From assembly GCA_020137815.1 (NCBI GenBank), contig CM035350.1:5146001-5210000 (forward strand): a stretch of DNA of 64,000 bases, written 5' to 3'. The translations under genes were made by a program, and so were the position numbers. Below are positions 1-16,237 of the stretch, piece after piece. The notes beneath the pieces are model-generated. The model saw nothing but the letters and a program-made list of their open reading frames with translations. It did not search any database and had not been told where the DNA came from. This DNA is from Hormiphora californensis. Taxonomy: Eukaryota; Animalia; Ctenophora. Within the stretch, counting starts at the first letter, position 1, and each line of letters begins with the position of its first letter.

Positions 1-611
1 TTCAATAAATATTCGTGTCCGTGATGTGCCGTGTCCCCAGTTACTCAGGGACCAATTCTGTGATGTGACCCTCCCATGGTATGCTGACAGTGGTTTAGAA
101 ATCCGTAGATTGCCGATACAAGTGGCGGAGAGGCACGGTAACAACACTGGTTTTATGTTCGCCAGAACGGCACTTGACCACCCTCCCCCTCAACCTGCTG
201 TCTTGCCGGGTACTGGCCACAGCACAGCCTCAGAAAGGAGTACTACCCGGTTTCCCCGAGGCGGCCCTGGGGTGTATGGTAGTGTCAGACTGAAAGAGTT
301 TTACTTTTGATGACTCAATTAACTGATTAATTGATTTTAACACGAAAAAAAGACCATTGTTTTACGTGTGACGAAAATTTTGTAGTATTGTGTAGTGTTG
401 CATTTGTATCAAGAACTTTTTTAAGAAGGGATCACTTGAGTGATGGAAGGAGACAGTGATATTGATAGACAGTGAAAGTGAGAAGATGTACTGTATAAGA
501 TGTAAAGGATTAGAGGAAAAGAGATCTTATTGGATGTGCTTGTGAGCTATTTTTATGAGTCATTGCAAGCAATACATGGTGCTTTGTGCTTGTCGAACTA
601 AACATACATTC

Positions 612-633
612 TCTTTCTCTCTCTCTCCCTCTT

Positions 634-713
<80 letters not shown>

Positions 714-714
714 A
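612..714. repeat. (CT)n microsatellite
   Basis: Direct reading; similar tracts at 18742-18933, 20165-20430, 26538-26615, 33637-33740, 36990-37060 and 63765-63880. Confidence 0.95.
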
Positions 715-1256
715 GCCTTTCAACTCAGCCTTTTCACTTTTCACAGCCTTTTCTCTCCATCCTTTTACTACACACTAATCATGCAGTGTAACAGACACTG
801 TAACTTCTTCACGGACAAGCATTCCCTGAATTCCCCATTGCCCCACTGCACAGACTGAGAACTAACTCGACAGAAGAGAAATGTTGTTATGTTCTAACCC
901 TTCTTTACATTTGTAAAAGAGGGCGCAGGAAGCAGGATCGAACAAGGCAAAAGAACTGGCAGGACATGAAACTCCCTTCTTCAAATATGACGGCTATATA
1001 GTATATACAGTATGTATTTGGCAGCGAAGCTGCCAACTTCGTCGGAGTACGGGGGCGGAGCGACTGCGTCGCTCACGCGTTACATACAGGGGATAGCGCA
1101 ACGTGCCCAAAGTATATATAGTAAGCTGCTGAATCTAAAGATCTTTCCAGTGCCCCGCAGTATGTACATATTTACGAAACATTGCCCTAATATAACTCCG
1201 TGTATCTCTGACACCCCTGTTCCACAAAACACTACTATTACCATGAACTTCCATAA

Positions 1257-1292
<36 letters not shown>

Positions 1293-2716
1293 TGGATATG
1301 GGATCACTTGCTGCACTGCTGCAGAAAAATGGGGAGAGAGATATCCTTGATCCCAACCCTAATTGGAATCCTTTCTTGTATAAACATTAAACATGCATAT
1401 TATAGTAACCTGGCCTGGTTACCATGGTTACCACTGACAATGGAATAACCTAATAATCTCTCCCTCAATTTCGATATTTACTATCCTTCTCCGACTGCGT
1501 TACTATTTGTTGACTATCACAAAACACATTTGGATCCATCGCATCCTATTCTCGCTCCGCGAATAATAGGATCCCGGTCCGTTGAGAGCAAGAACTCACG
1601 TGCGCGCGAAATAAAGCACGTTTTCAACAAATCGCGCGTGATAGACCGTTTTTGGAGACCTTTTTAGCTGACCTAGCACTACTCAAAGGTAAATTGTGGT
1701 CTCATTTCGCATCGTGATGAATCGGCGGGTATTTTCCCATACTCACAAGGCCATGACGATTCCCCCAGTACCCGCAGATTGTCCCAGGACCGAGTAGGAG
1801 CTTGCAGCCAGGTCTTTAAAGAATTGCTCATGTTTCGTGTCAATTTTGACCCACTATTCATCAAATGCTGAAATTGGCGGGTATTTTCCGTAAAAATAGA
1901 GACAATTATCTGCCAGGAGCAACAAACGAGATGCAAATCGGTTCAGTAGTTCCTTGCAGCCAGGTCTTTGAAAAAGTTTGCTCTAAAATCAATAACGCGC
2001 CGGAGGCCTAGATGTGAGATCGATCTCGGTCGCTGCGCGACCTCGATCTCACTCAGGCATCAATGTGGCCAAAAAACACATTTATTCCTCTATACTACTA
2101 TCAGTACTGTTATTTTTCCTTCTGACAGTCTTGCTTTACTCAAGCGTGCTGTTGATAATGAATTTACCCCTCCGTGAGAGCGTAAATGGGTGAATTTGTG
2201 CTGGTGAAGCTAAACGTAGCTTTGAGCGTAAATGCAGGAGCCAAGTTTCACCGGTGCTTTTTGATTGTGTGAGATAAGAGAAACCAGCTGGATTTCCATC
2301 ACCCCACATGATAACAAAATGAGAATTTAGGAAAGAATGGGTTAGAGTTGAGAGAGAAAGAGGGAAAGAGAGGGAGGGAGAGAGAAAGAGAGAGGAAGAG
2401 AGAGACCACAAAAACAAAAAATATATCTTAAATTATCATAGAGTTCCCTGGAATCTTCTGTGCGACTGAAAGTACCCTCGGGACCGGGCGAGAACTTGAC
2501 AGTATACCGTTCTTGCCGTTACTGTTCACAGTTTCTCACGCGGCAATACCATAGTCTACTGCTACAACTCTACTGATTTCTAACCGCTCCTCCAGTCCTT
2601 TACCCTTCAGGGACCCTACTTAATAGTTTGGTAACGAAGTTGTCGGCGCTAAACGTGTGGCGTACGAAGATCACGAAGGGGTTATTTCGCAACCAAGGTC
2701 CCTGCTAGTCTGCTAA

Positions 2717-3053
2717 TTTAGTAGGGTCGGTTGTGGGAAGTTGGGTCTGGAATTTTAAATTTGACTTGCTGATATGATTAGGGACTCTATAAAAAGTCCA
2801 AAGTACCATCCCACAGGTCTCTACCACCCCCGGTTCACTAATTAGCCGTAATTATGTGATTTATGACGTTATCGCCAATTAGCACTAATAATACCAGTTC
2901 CTGGTCACTTAGAGCTTAGATTTTGATACCAGCTGATAGAGGATCACTAGATTAGTGGGCATTCAAAATTTCAGGCGGGAAAATATTTTGGCGGGAAACC
3001 GAAAAAGCCTAATAACCCAAGAACGGGGTGGGGCCAAGGTCTGGCCCCACTAG
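2717..3053 (+). repeat. Dispersed repeat copy, inverted relative to 4232-4490; ends in a hairpin followed by TAG (possibly Helitron-type 3' end)
   Basis: About 260 bp (2717-2975) is a near-identical reverse complement of 4232-4490; it ends GTGGGGCC-aaggtct-GGCCCCAC-TAG. Confidence 0.75.
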
Positions 3054-4231
3054 GTGGTGGTGGTGGTGGTACAGATAGGTTATAGCGTGCCAAACTCTGC
3101 CCGTTAGGGCAGAACGACATTGCAACCTCGTCATAGCGTCTGTCATCGTGTTGTGGTCAGTTGATATCATTGCATTCATATTGTCAGTCAGTCATTGTAC
3201 TTGCAAGACACTTACGCAGCCCCCACGGTTAAAGGTCGGTTGCACTCTTCGCATCTCCGCCCCGTGAGGACATTGCAGTTATCTTGCGAATAAGCAAAAA
3301 GACAAGTTAGGGGGCACATTTTCAAGCTTGGGTGGCTGTGCAGGTAGGCCTGTTCGTTTGTTTGTTACGACGACGGTCCGTCGAGTGGACACTTCTCAAG
3401 CTTGGGTCTGGCGTAGTCTGTCTATAGTAGCTCTAATTAAATTATTGATTGGTAAGGTTTACTCCGGAATCTTATCAATGGTACACAATATATGAACAGA
3501 CAATACAGACAGATGAACTTACAGCTTTTTGATGTATGATTGGTACCGTGATGTTAATGGTGATCAGATGAGAGGTGTACCATTTCCACTTCCAGTAGAG
3601 ATCAAGATGAACAAAAATGATCAAATACAAATAAGAGGTGGGGCAGATTGTAGCGTCCCTAGAATGTGTACGATGTTCTATAGGACAAGACGGGTGGGAC
3701 AGATAAGAACAATTGTGAGTTGTTACACGCGATAAGCGACTTAGTGCACCAAAACACAAGGATTGTCCCTATACTGGCGTGTTTCACAAAGTCCTCTAAA
3801 TTGGGAAGGGCCAGGGCGGGGGAGGTGGGTGGGGTGGAGGGGTGGGCGGTGGCTAGTACAAGGAAACGAGCAGGTATTGAGTGCGTTAGAGATCAGATAT
3901 TAGAGGTACTGTGTTGAAAGATACAGGAAAGGAGCACTATTTGACAGAATGACTGAACCAGACTAGGCGATGCGGTTGTAAATTGATAGATTTAGGATTA
4001 AAGAGAGACTTAGAAGGGTGTATGTCAGTGTAACAGAGCATTCAAAATGAAACAAATATGAAACTGCAAATGTATCGGCCCCACTAGGTTTTGATCACCT
4101 CATCGAGCCCGATCGAACGCGACCAATGACGACCTCCCACGACGACCTAAACCCGTAATCCCACGTGGTGCCAGCCAACCGCCAGCCAAACGGAAAAACG
4201 GTTATAACTCCTCGACCATAACTCTGATCGA

Positions 4232-4490
4232 CCTGAAATTTTGAATGCCCACTAATCTAGTGATCCTCTATCAGCTGGTATCAAAATCTAAGCTCTAAGT
4301 GACCAGGAACTGGTATTATTAGTGCTAATTGGCGATAACGTCATAAATCACATAATTACGGCTAATTAGTGAACCGGGGGTGGTAGAGACCTGTGGGATG
4401 GTACTTTGGACTTTTTATAGAGTCCCTAATCATATCAGCAAGTCAAATTTACAATTCCAGACCCAACTTCCCACAACCGACCCTACTAAT
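4232..4490 (-). repeat. Second, inverted copy of the 2717-2975 repeat
   Basis: Near-identical reverse complement, compared by eye. Confidence 0.85.
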
Positions 4491-4679
4491 TACCCTTGTT
4501 AGTGCCCATTAGTGTAACTTGACCCTTTACTTAGTGCGTCAAGACACAATGATATCAGGGACTAGGGGGGGGGGGGGGGGAGGTATTATTAAACCCCCCT
4601 GGCCCCTATAATAATATGTGAACAGTAGACAGTTGGGTGGTCGTATAACTATTTATTAGCCTCAATCCTCATGTTTGAC

Positions 4680-4804
4680 TGTCAGAGTTTTTATTATTCT
4701 CTCTGGGCTGAACAAATGAACCAGACGGGTATAATGATCGTTGCGATCATTATACCCGTTTGGTTCATTTGTTCAGCCCAGAGAGAATAATAGAAACTCT
4801 GACA
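4680..4804. repeat. Near-perfect 125-bp palindrome (hairpin MITE-like)
   Basis: TGTCAGAGTTT...ATAATGATCG-ttg-CGATCATTAT...AAACTCTGACA; about 61-bp arms with 2 mismatches. Confidence 0.9.
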
Positions 4805-5313
4805 ATGAATATGTGAACAGTGCCACATTTATAACGCAGTACACACTTACTAACTTTAGCGCCATCCAGTCTGACGCTTATCTCACTCAACAACTGTTTT
4901 TACCAAGTACAGCTGCCCAGCGCTCATTTGCATTCCACATACTTCAGCTTACCATCCCTATCGGATCTCTTTTAGCTATCGCATACTATTATCGCACATA
5001 GCACTGACAGTACGATATCAGTGGTGTACCTTCTGTTTAGTCCCTCTTGTATGGTAGTGGTAGGGAGTATTCTCATTTGTTTGTCATTCGCATTCTCCTG
5101 CAGTCCCTAGTCGCCGGCTGGGCATGAGAACCTTTTAAAGATAATTGCATAATGTGATCACGCGTGAATAATACTTCTCATACTCATAGGACGGTATAAT
5201 GTCAGGAATAACTTTCCTCCTGCATATTTCAAACTTGTCTCCTCATTTATCTTTGGGACCCTCTATCGTTATATGTATTAGTTTGTCTTGTTGTACCTAC
5301 TACCGTCTCTATA

Positions 5314-5485
5314 CAGTCGGACCCCGATTTACCGGGCCCCGATTTACCGGAACCCCGATTTACCGGGAGGATAAACTTCCCCGAATATAGGATTTGAACA
5401 GTATTTGACCCCAATATACCGGGCACCCCGATTTACCGGGCAAAACCCTTTTCCCCGAGCATCCCGGTAAATCGGGGTCCGACTG
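5314..5485. mobile_element. 172-bp MITE, Tc1/mariner-pogo type
   Basis: TIRs CAGTCGGACCCCGATTTACCGGG / CCCGGTAAATCGGGGTCCGACTG, TA on both flanks, internal CCCCGATTTACCGG subrepeats. Confidence 0.9.
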
Positions 5486-5698
5486 TACTAGCTTGCCTTA
5501 CAGTTAATCAATAATTAAAGTATCAATTGAACTGTAGCTATACATGTTGTGGGCTGCTGTATTTGGTTTATATATGCAGTATAGCTTGTTGCAAAAAAAC
5601 GTCAACGTCCCTTCCTTTCCTATTTTAAATCGTCTTTCCCTTTTTATATCATTATCAAATTCACAAGCCCCCCTTCTCAGTTATTATAGTGGTGCAGT

Positions 5699-7687
5699 AT
5701 GGACAAGTATTTGGAGGTGCTAAACAAACTACAGGATGTGTTTACCAGGGCTGGGATTTCTACCAGCGAGATAGATCTGCCGCAGATAGTGGTGGTGGGA
5801 AGTCAAAGTGCTGGCAAGAGTTCGGTGCTGGAGAGCATTGCACGGCTCAACTTCCTACCTCGGGGTGGTGGAATTGTTACACGGCGGCCTCTCATTCTCC
5901 AGATGATTCAGGAGAAACAGGAGCTGGAAGTGAACGGGAAGAAGTATTCACAGTGGGCCAGATTCCTGCACTCAGAGGAGATATTCTTGGACCCCAAGAA
6001 GATTTGTCAGGAGATCACCAATGACACGGTTAGAGTTTGTGGGAACAATAAGGGTATATCGGATAAGGCCATACACCTCAAACTACACTCCATCAGTGTT
6101 CCCTCTCTGACATTAGTTGATCTCCCTGGGCTGACAAAGATTCCTGTGGGTGACCAACCCACCAATATTTCCAAGACCATTGAGCGGCTCGTCAGGAGCT
6201 ACGTATCAAAGGGGAACAGTATCATTCTGGCGGTGTCCCCAGGTAATGTGGATATAGCCAACTCAGAGTCCCTTCAGTTAGCTAGGGAGGTAGATCCTGA
6301 GGGAAGGAGGACCCTGGCTGTCATTCACCAAAGTGTGATCTGATGGAGCTAGGCCGAGAAGTCCACCGCCCTCCTAAGTGGGGCATCTGTAGATGTCGCA
6401 CTGGGACTAATTGGAGTAATTAACAGGAATACAAGCCAGCTGGCTGTGAATCTACCCTTCTATGACGTGCTAAAGATCGAGGAGGACTACTTTACAACCC
6501 ACTTATGACGATTTGTTTGACCGGATGGGCACTCAATATCTAACGGAGCGGCTCAGTGACATTCTCATAGACAACGTTAAGAGATCCCTCCCCAGCCTGA
6601 GTGAGAAGATTACCAACCTGACTAGGAAACACAAGGCGATACTGGACTCAGTTGGGTCAAGTGAGTGGGGATCCTAGACGGGAGCTGATTACCACCATCC
6701 AGAAGTTTACCAGTGCTCTAGAGAGGTCAATTAACGGTAATTATCCCTACCCAAAGACTGTAGAAAAGAAGGACAAGGATGGAACTATCAGAAAGGTGAA
6801 GGATGAGGAAAATCCAGTGACTGCCGGGGGAGAGATCAGGAAGGTCTTCAAGTTGTTCTTACAAGAAGATGGGTGCAGTAAAGGCTGACCAAGGTTTGGA
6901 TGATCTGAAGACCTACATCAAGGATTGTGGAACGGTGGACTGTCCGTTGTTTCTCCAGGACAAACTGTTCCATGCCCTGATTGTGAGACAAATCAGGCTG
7001 CTGGACCAGCCCCTAGAGGATGCCATTAGGGAGTGTAATGACTGTTTGGATGGTTGTATTGACGATATTGCTGAGAGTGCTATTCAGAAGTACCCCGCTC
7101 TTGCAATGGAGTGCGTGAGGATTGCCAAGGAGGAGCTACAGAATAAAGCCACCCTGACCCGGACCTTCCTGAGCGAGTACCTGGAGAACGAGTGTTCTCA
7201 TGTAAACGGGGACCACCCTGAATTTGTAGACAGATACGCTATAGCGGGGGAGTTATTCAAAGAGGAGTCAGTAGAGCAGGCAGGTAAAGACGGTCATGGA
7301 GATCTGAACTACAGTCACACCAACAAGCCTCTAGTGGAATCTAAACTGGAGAAGATCATGGCTAAACACCAGTATGGTGATACTAAGTCAGCGGCGGACA
7401 GGGAAAATAACGAGGCTGAGCTGCTTCAGAAACTGATTATCATGTACTTCTGCATTGTTCGGAGCCAGCTGAATGATTCTGCGATCAAGACGATCATGAG
7501 GCACATGGTTAGGGACCTTGTTAGCACCCTCAAGGCGACCCTAATAATGAGGCTCTACTCTGGGGAGCCAAGCAGTTTGGTGATAGAATCTGCCAGCACT
7601 AAGAGGAGGAGGGATGCGAGCACCAGAATGTATGATGCCCTTATCAAAGCTCAGCAGCTTCTGACTACTATTCTTGGTGTGGAGTAG
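5699..7687 (+). CDS. Dynamin-related GTPase (Drp1/Vps1-like), intronless, with several frameshifts (sequencing error or pseudogene)
   Basis: LPQIVVVGSQSAGKSSVLE (G1), GIVTRRPL (G2), LVDLPG (G3), TKxD restored by correcting the frame near 6325, C-terminal GED-like YFCIVRSQLNDSAIKTIMRHMV; frame breaks near 6325, 6500, 6650 and 6860. Confidence 0.85.
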
Positions 7688-9548
7688 TGATTTAACGAAA
7701 TGAAAGTTTTTATGTGACACTGTGCTGACAGACACTGTGCTGACTGCTGGTTAAATTATTCATGCTGGTTAAATTATTCATGCTCTACTCATGTATGCTG
7801 TGATTTTATTAATTGTTAGAAAATCTTATTTTCTCTGTACGTGTAAAAGGTGGGGGCAGTCGAATCACAAGCATGACACGGTGGGAGTATTAAAACAGCT
7901 TATCCAGTATCATGTGACGCATGTGTACATAATACATCCTTTCATGGCTGCCGTGGTAACCATGGTAACCCGGTTTACCCCAGGACTCTCCACATTCCAT
8001 GCAGCTCTGAGGGGGAGGGCTCCATGGTAACACTCCTTATCTGCAGCAGAGTGCCGCTGCAGCCATTGAAATGGGTGGGTACCCGTTTAAGCCATACAAG
8101 GTCTCTACACATGCATCTCTCTCTCTCTCACACACACAAAGACTGCTAATACAGTTGACCAGTGACCACTTCTGTAGTCTCTTACAGCTGCTGTAAGAGA
8201 CTACAGAAGTGGTCACTGGTGGGAGACATCGACTGCTGCTGCAGCAGTCGATGTCTCCCACCAAGCTTGTCATCGTCGGACCATCTACATCATGAACTGT
8301 AGAACTTAGTAATCGTGCCGCGCGAGGAGTTATTTGTGATGAAAGTGCAGCAAGTGGCATTTGGAAATTGGCGCGCGCGAGTCGCATTGAAGCATGCTGG
8401 ATGCTGCAGTTTGCCGGTATGAATCCGGGATTCAATCCCCTGCTCCCCTGGCCTGTTCAATTCCAATTGCCATGATTATAGCCAGTAAAGTAGACGTATT
8501 TTAATGTATTCGATCATAGATCTTAACTGAAAGTTAAACGGAAGTACATCTATTTACAAAATAACATCCCACATGCACTCATATTCATAACATTGTAAAC
8601 CAAAAAAAGAACTCAAAAATTTAATAAAAATTATCCTCAAAATGATGTCTACACCAGGGTTAATTGTCCATGCGTATAAACAGCTCCTTTAATTGTCAGC
8701 AGTGGTGAAGGAGATGGAGAAGTAAAGGAGGAAGTATACTACACCCATCAGAGCAGCACCACATGACACCATCATTATAACATCCTGAGGAAGGGATGTT
8801 TATGTTCGGCCTAAAATTTAGGGAAGCACTGCACAAGGGTCCATCGGGATGTGCCCCTTCGGATACCGCAGGGGAAAAAGATGTCACAGGGCTGGTTTGG
8901 GTATTGGGTAGGCACTGTGCAAAGTGTGGAATATAGAATCTTTCTCTACCTGAATTCCAAGAGCACTCTTCTTGGCGATTGCTTTGTTCTTGTCGGTGAT
9001 TGTGTCACGTTTACTTTGTCCAGTGAATTCTTTCTGCCCTGAGAGGAATTGTGTTAAGAAGTGTAGGCCATGAACTTAGGGCAGTGAGAGAGGGTTGCAT
9101 GAATGTCGGGTACTACTCTGTTCGTAGGATGGGGCTCTTAGATATTGCCAGGGTCGCCCGCAAAGCGTTGTCTACGACGTCCAAAAAAAGGCATTCAATG
9201 TTAGGAGACTGCGTCTTGGACGTCGTAAACACCGCTTCGCAGGTGACCAATATGACTGAGCACCACTGTAAAATGATGCATATTGATGGTGGGACATGTT
9301 AGTTGACCCTTCTGAAAAGGGGGGGGGGTATTGCAGTACTTGCCTAGTCTTCGTCGGTAGGTGTCAATTGGTGCTTGATTCTTTTTCGGTGGTTTTTGAA
9401 ACGCTCCCTTGTTCGACCCGTCACGACCCATTTTATTTCTACAAATTGAGATAATTTAGAGATGGGGTCCGGGAGGCGAATAAGGGGAGAGATGAAAACT
9501 ATAAAACACACAATTTTGGGTATGGTAAAAAGTTAACTTAAAAGAAAG

Positions 9549-10163
9549 TTATTTGGCCTTCTTGGACTTCAACTTCTTCATGTAGAACTCGAGCTCTTTT
9601 CCCTCCAGAATGTATCCGTCACATCGTCCGCTCTGTCCGGGTCGAGAAGCAATACAAGCGTACAATCGTCCAGTGCTGAACTGATCATCGAGAAGTCCTC
9701 CAATCTTGGAGTCCTCTTTCCTGGCTGCGATTTTCCTCTTAAGATGGTTGCTCTTGGAGACCTCCTCCTTCTCGTCAGTGGCGGCCTTCTTCTTTCGTCC
9801 AGCGGTCACTCCGTAGTGAGACTCGTACCACTGTCGGAAGGGAGTGGAATCGATCTGGATGATGGCATTCTTTACCAGGGTCTTGGTTCGGACCAACTCG
9901 TTGTTGGAGGCATTGTACACGACATCGAGAATCCTTGATTTCCTGGTTGTACCCTCACTCGACCAACTGAAGTTACCGGTTTCCAGCCTGAGGGCCCTGA
10001 ACTTGATGTTACCTCCCATGGTCCTGACTGTCCTGATCCTCTTGGAGCCCATCTTAGTGTTGGCGGAGGGTCGTCCCAACTCGAACTTCCTCTTCTTTCG
10101 GACGATTGGCCGCTTTCCTCCAGTCTTCCTCCTCTTGTGGACGCTGTCTCGGGAAATACCCAT
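9549..10163 (-). CDS. RPS8: 40S ribosomal protein S8 (eS8), coding region without introns
   Basis: [17 protein letters not shown]...[21 protein letters not shown]; true start is the ATG at 10163, directly after a splice acceptor. Confidence 0.98.
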   Translation of the reverse strand: MGISRDSVHKRRKTGGKRPIVRKKRKFELGRPSANTKMGSKRIRTVRTMGGNIKFRALRLETGNFSWSSEGTTRKSRILDVVYNASNNELVRTKTLVKNAIIQIDSTPFRQWYESHYGVTAGRKKKAATDEKEEVSKSNHLKRKIAARKEDSKIGGLLDDQFSTGRLYACIASRPGQSGRCDGYILEGKELEFYMKKLKSKKAK

Positions 10164-10880
10164 GGCTATATGAGGGGAGGGACTGATTAGTAAAACAGTA
10201 GTATTTTGGATCGGGGGGGGGGGGGTGTAGGAGGTTGGGAGTGTAAGAGGTTGGGACAGAGGGAGAGTGTAGGATTGATGCGCGCACAAAACTGGTCACA
10301 CCATCGCTTGTAGTGCTCACTGCACAGTGTGGGAAGGTCATCGCGCGTTACGTACAAAACTACTCTGGTGTGTGTGGAACACAGTGGATAAAAGTAACAA
10401 TGTTAATATTGGTTACAGCAATCTTTATTCAATTTAATAAAACTCCAATAAAAATAGTTAAAATAATAAAACTTTTAGACATCGCATTAACATAAGCGCC
10501 TTAACAAAAAAGGGTTAAAGAAATTTACATATGCCACTGTTACACACAGTCACTTTAGAACGGTTACATATATCTCGGTAAATAGTTAGTTACGGATAAG
10601 TTTATAAATTTAAATTAAGGTCATTAAAAATAAAAGGCAGTCAACTGAGCGACACGGACAAAAAACATAAGAATATCTGATAAACAAGGAAAGGTCTGAA
10701 CATTTTACGCGGGAATAGGTTAAAATTTAAACAACTTAAAACTCGAATTGTACACAAATGTATTATACAAAATTACATGGCTCAAAGAGGGTGGTCACTG
10801 TTGTTAGGCCCTCTCTCTATCTCTGTTGCCCTGTTCGACCCTCTCTATCTATCCTCACCCCGACAGGGTTAGAACAGAGC

Positions 10881-13438
<2,558 letters not shown>

Positions 13439-13803
13439 TCCGTTGGTTAGACGCTAAATTGTGAGAGTCTGTTAATAGACAGAAGTATGGGGGATTTCTA
13501 TTTCTTAGAGGTTCAATTAGTAAAAGGGATTAAGAAATCAAGCTTATCTGTACATAAATTGGGCATATAAATTAATTCGGATTATTGTTTTTTAATAAAT
13601 GTTAATATCATTGCGATCACTAAAACTCTTCGGGTTCTGGCCACGATGACCCCGAATACTAATGAGTAATGATTAAAGTTTTTAACAGGCAGAAAGATAA
13701 TCTCTGTCTGATTTACCGGATGTTTGGTCTTTTTGAGAGTCTGGGGGATTTACCTGCGAATTTATCAGCCCAGAGAACCTAACAAAATCACATCAGAAAA
13801 TGG

Positions 13804-13865
13804 AGAATTACTAATTAGGGGCATGTTTACACTTAAGTGTAAACATGCCCCTAATTAGTAATTCT
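13804..13865. repeat. Perfect 62-bp palindrome centred on TTAA
   Basis: AGAATTACTAATTAGGGGCATGTTTACACTT|AAGTGTAAACATGCCCCTAATTAGTAATTCT. Confidence 0.95.
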
Positions 13866-14049
13866 TGCACTTTACGTAGGTTCAATGTGGGCGGGTTATT
13901 CGAAAAGGTTAAGGAGTTGGGTAGACTGGTTACCCGCTACTGTGGTGAAATTCCGTCTTGCCTGATCTAAAGATTTTGGAAAGCTGGGGATCCGTTTATG
14001 AAAATCAAATTATATGCTTGATGAGTCAACCATGAGGCAGGAGCGCAAC

Positions 14050-14750
14050 GGCCAGTGTTAAAATCTGGGTGTTTCGTGAGTGCTGACAAACGGTTTTTTA
14101 GGGTTAGGGCAAAAGTAGGGTTAGGGCTGGGGTTTGGTTGGGGTTAGGCCTTGACATTTCCTACCAGATGAACTTTGAATTGGCCAAAACGGTTTAGTGG
14201 TTTGAGCCATTTTAGTGAATCACCTAGATTGTAACAGGGCCCGGAGCGCAACCTTGATTTACAAAACCCGGCGAAAAGTCGAGAACGGAAAACTTTAAAA
14301 ATCCAACAACATTTTTATTTATCCGGACATTCACGCCTCGCGCACGGCAAGTGCGCCGCGCGTGCAAAACAACACAAATATCGCGCGTTACGTTTACCTG
14401 CTGCATCGCAGCGAAATAAAATTTTGCATTTGAAAGTTCGAAAAACGCTTTTGCTCATCTTCTTGAAAAGCGCTGCCTTATCCCGCGCTGCGCGTGGCGC
14501 AGAACAACGTTTGCCAACTCATCTTCACAGAAAAAACTTTTACTTTTTTGACAGCTCACAGCGCAGCGTTAAAATCTGGCTAGCGTTTGAAAAGCACTGA
14601 CTTATTCTGCGCTGTCGGGGGCCAGCAGCGTTTGTCAAGGCCAGCGTTAAAATCTGGGTGTTTGGTGAGTGCGGACAAACAGTTTTTTAGGGTTAGGGCT
14701 AAAGTAGGGTTAGGGTTTGGACTTTGGGTTGGAGTTAGGCCTTGACTTTT
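14050..14750. repeat. Repeat element with two ~110-bp direct repeats containing TTAGGG-like motifs
   Basis: 14050-14156 resembles 14639-14746; related motifs (CCTTATCCCGCGC, GGCCAGCGGCGTTTG) recur near 48410. Confidence 0.7.
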
Positions 14751-14764
14751 CGGAAAAGTCTTTT

Positions 14765-14990
14765 CCTGCTCACTGTTCCTCGCGGTAGCAGAGGTGGTGG
14801 AGTTGCCATTGTTTACAGGAAAGAACTAAAAGTGAAACGATGTAAATCTCGTAAAGTCTTCTCGAGTTACTGCAAGCAAAACTTGATGGACCTGGAATAG
14901 ACCTGACGAGAGTTGATGTTATCTAGTATCTACCGTCCCCCTGATCCTTCCAAACAAGCGATCGCGATCTTCCTTGAGGAGTGTGTTTTC
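14765..14990 (+). mobile_element. Degenerate LINE AP-endonuclease fragment
   Basis: Translates to LLTVPRGSRGGGVAIVYRKELKVK and LSSIYRPPDPS, matching motifs in the ORF2 at 29788. Confidence 0.7.
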
Positions 14991-15142
14991 ATCGAAGTGT
15001 GGACATCATCTCGCTTTCAACTCCGAGACAACCTTTTGAGGAGGGTATCCTTCCACATCACACATGCGTGGATTTACATGATTTAATGTCTGATTGTTTT
15101 TCGGATATATCTGAGTTATAGCAATACATAAAGGGAGAAATA

Positions 15143-16175
15143 CCGCGTGGCCCAAAAAAAACTAAGGGTACGTTGGCCTTCTTTTCTCCTAGAAATTTAA
15201 TTTCAATCACTCTGATATTTTGTCACAATATTTGTATGGTTACTCATTCGAGGAATCCGGAGTTTCAGCCCTCTGGATGAAAATTCATTTTTTTTGCCCG
15301 AATGAACATTTAATGAACGCCAAAACGGGGCCATATTTTGGTACCAAAGTTTTACAAATTTGTTTGGCTATCGACTTTCTTTCGAACGCGACCAGTTTGA
15401 GCTTAATTGGATCACCCCAAGAATCACAGTGACCAGTTTACCTAGCCTAGGTTGGGTCATGTGATCCCCATCAAATTATGACGTGTTAGCAAGAGAACTT
15501 ACATTCTAACGGACGCTGTATCGGTATACCGTCCTAATTAGCAGATGTGATACGTGATACGCGACCGTTAAACCTGCTTATTGGCACTTAGTAATGACGC
15601 TAGCGGTCCAATAGGGGTCACTTGGCCAGACCTAGTTTCGGAAAAGTGGTCACTGTGTCTCTTGTGGTGGTCCAATTGAGCTAAAATTAGTCGCGTTTGA
15701 AAGGAAATCGTTACCCAAAGGCGACTGTGAAATTCCGGTTTGGAATACCTTTTTTGTTTTCAAGTTCATTTAGGATTCATTCCAGTCGTAAAAATGAATT
15801 TTTAGATAGAGAGCCGAAATTCTAGCTAACATCAATATCGATCAAGTGTAATGGCTGTACGAATTTTTAGCGCCTGAGTTTACCAATTTCTTGTCAAAAT
15901 CGGTTAAAATCGATGTTTGGTAAAAATTACCGTTTTTTAATCATTTATTTCACCAACTAAACTTGATTCATTTTTAATAAAAACTCGGATTGCCATTTAT
16001 TATTGTTTACTCTAATGCATGGTTGCTATTTTTAAGAATAAAATCGAATTTAACCATTGAGAAAACTTGGAAAAACCGAAAAACGAAAATTGGGTATTCA
16101 TGAACTTCACACTTTTATGTTTGGAAACTCCGGATTCCTCGACTGGTAACCATAATAATATTATTTTTTTTTTTT

Positions 16176-16237
<62 letters not shown>

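Noticed and set aside
10164-10289. Extra 42 residues before RPS8
   Set aside because: Lies upstream of a splice acceptor and spans a poly-C tract; the conserved start is MGISRD
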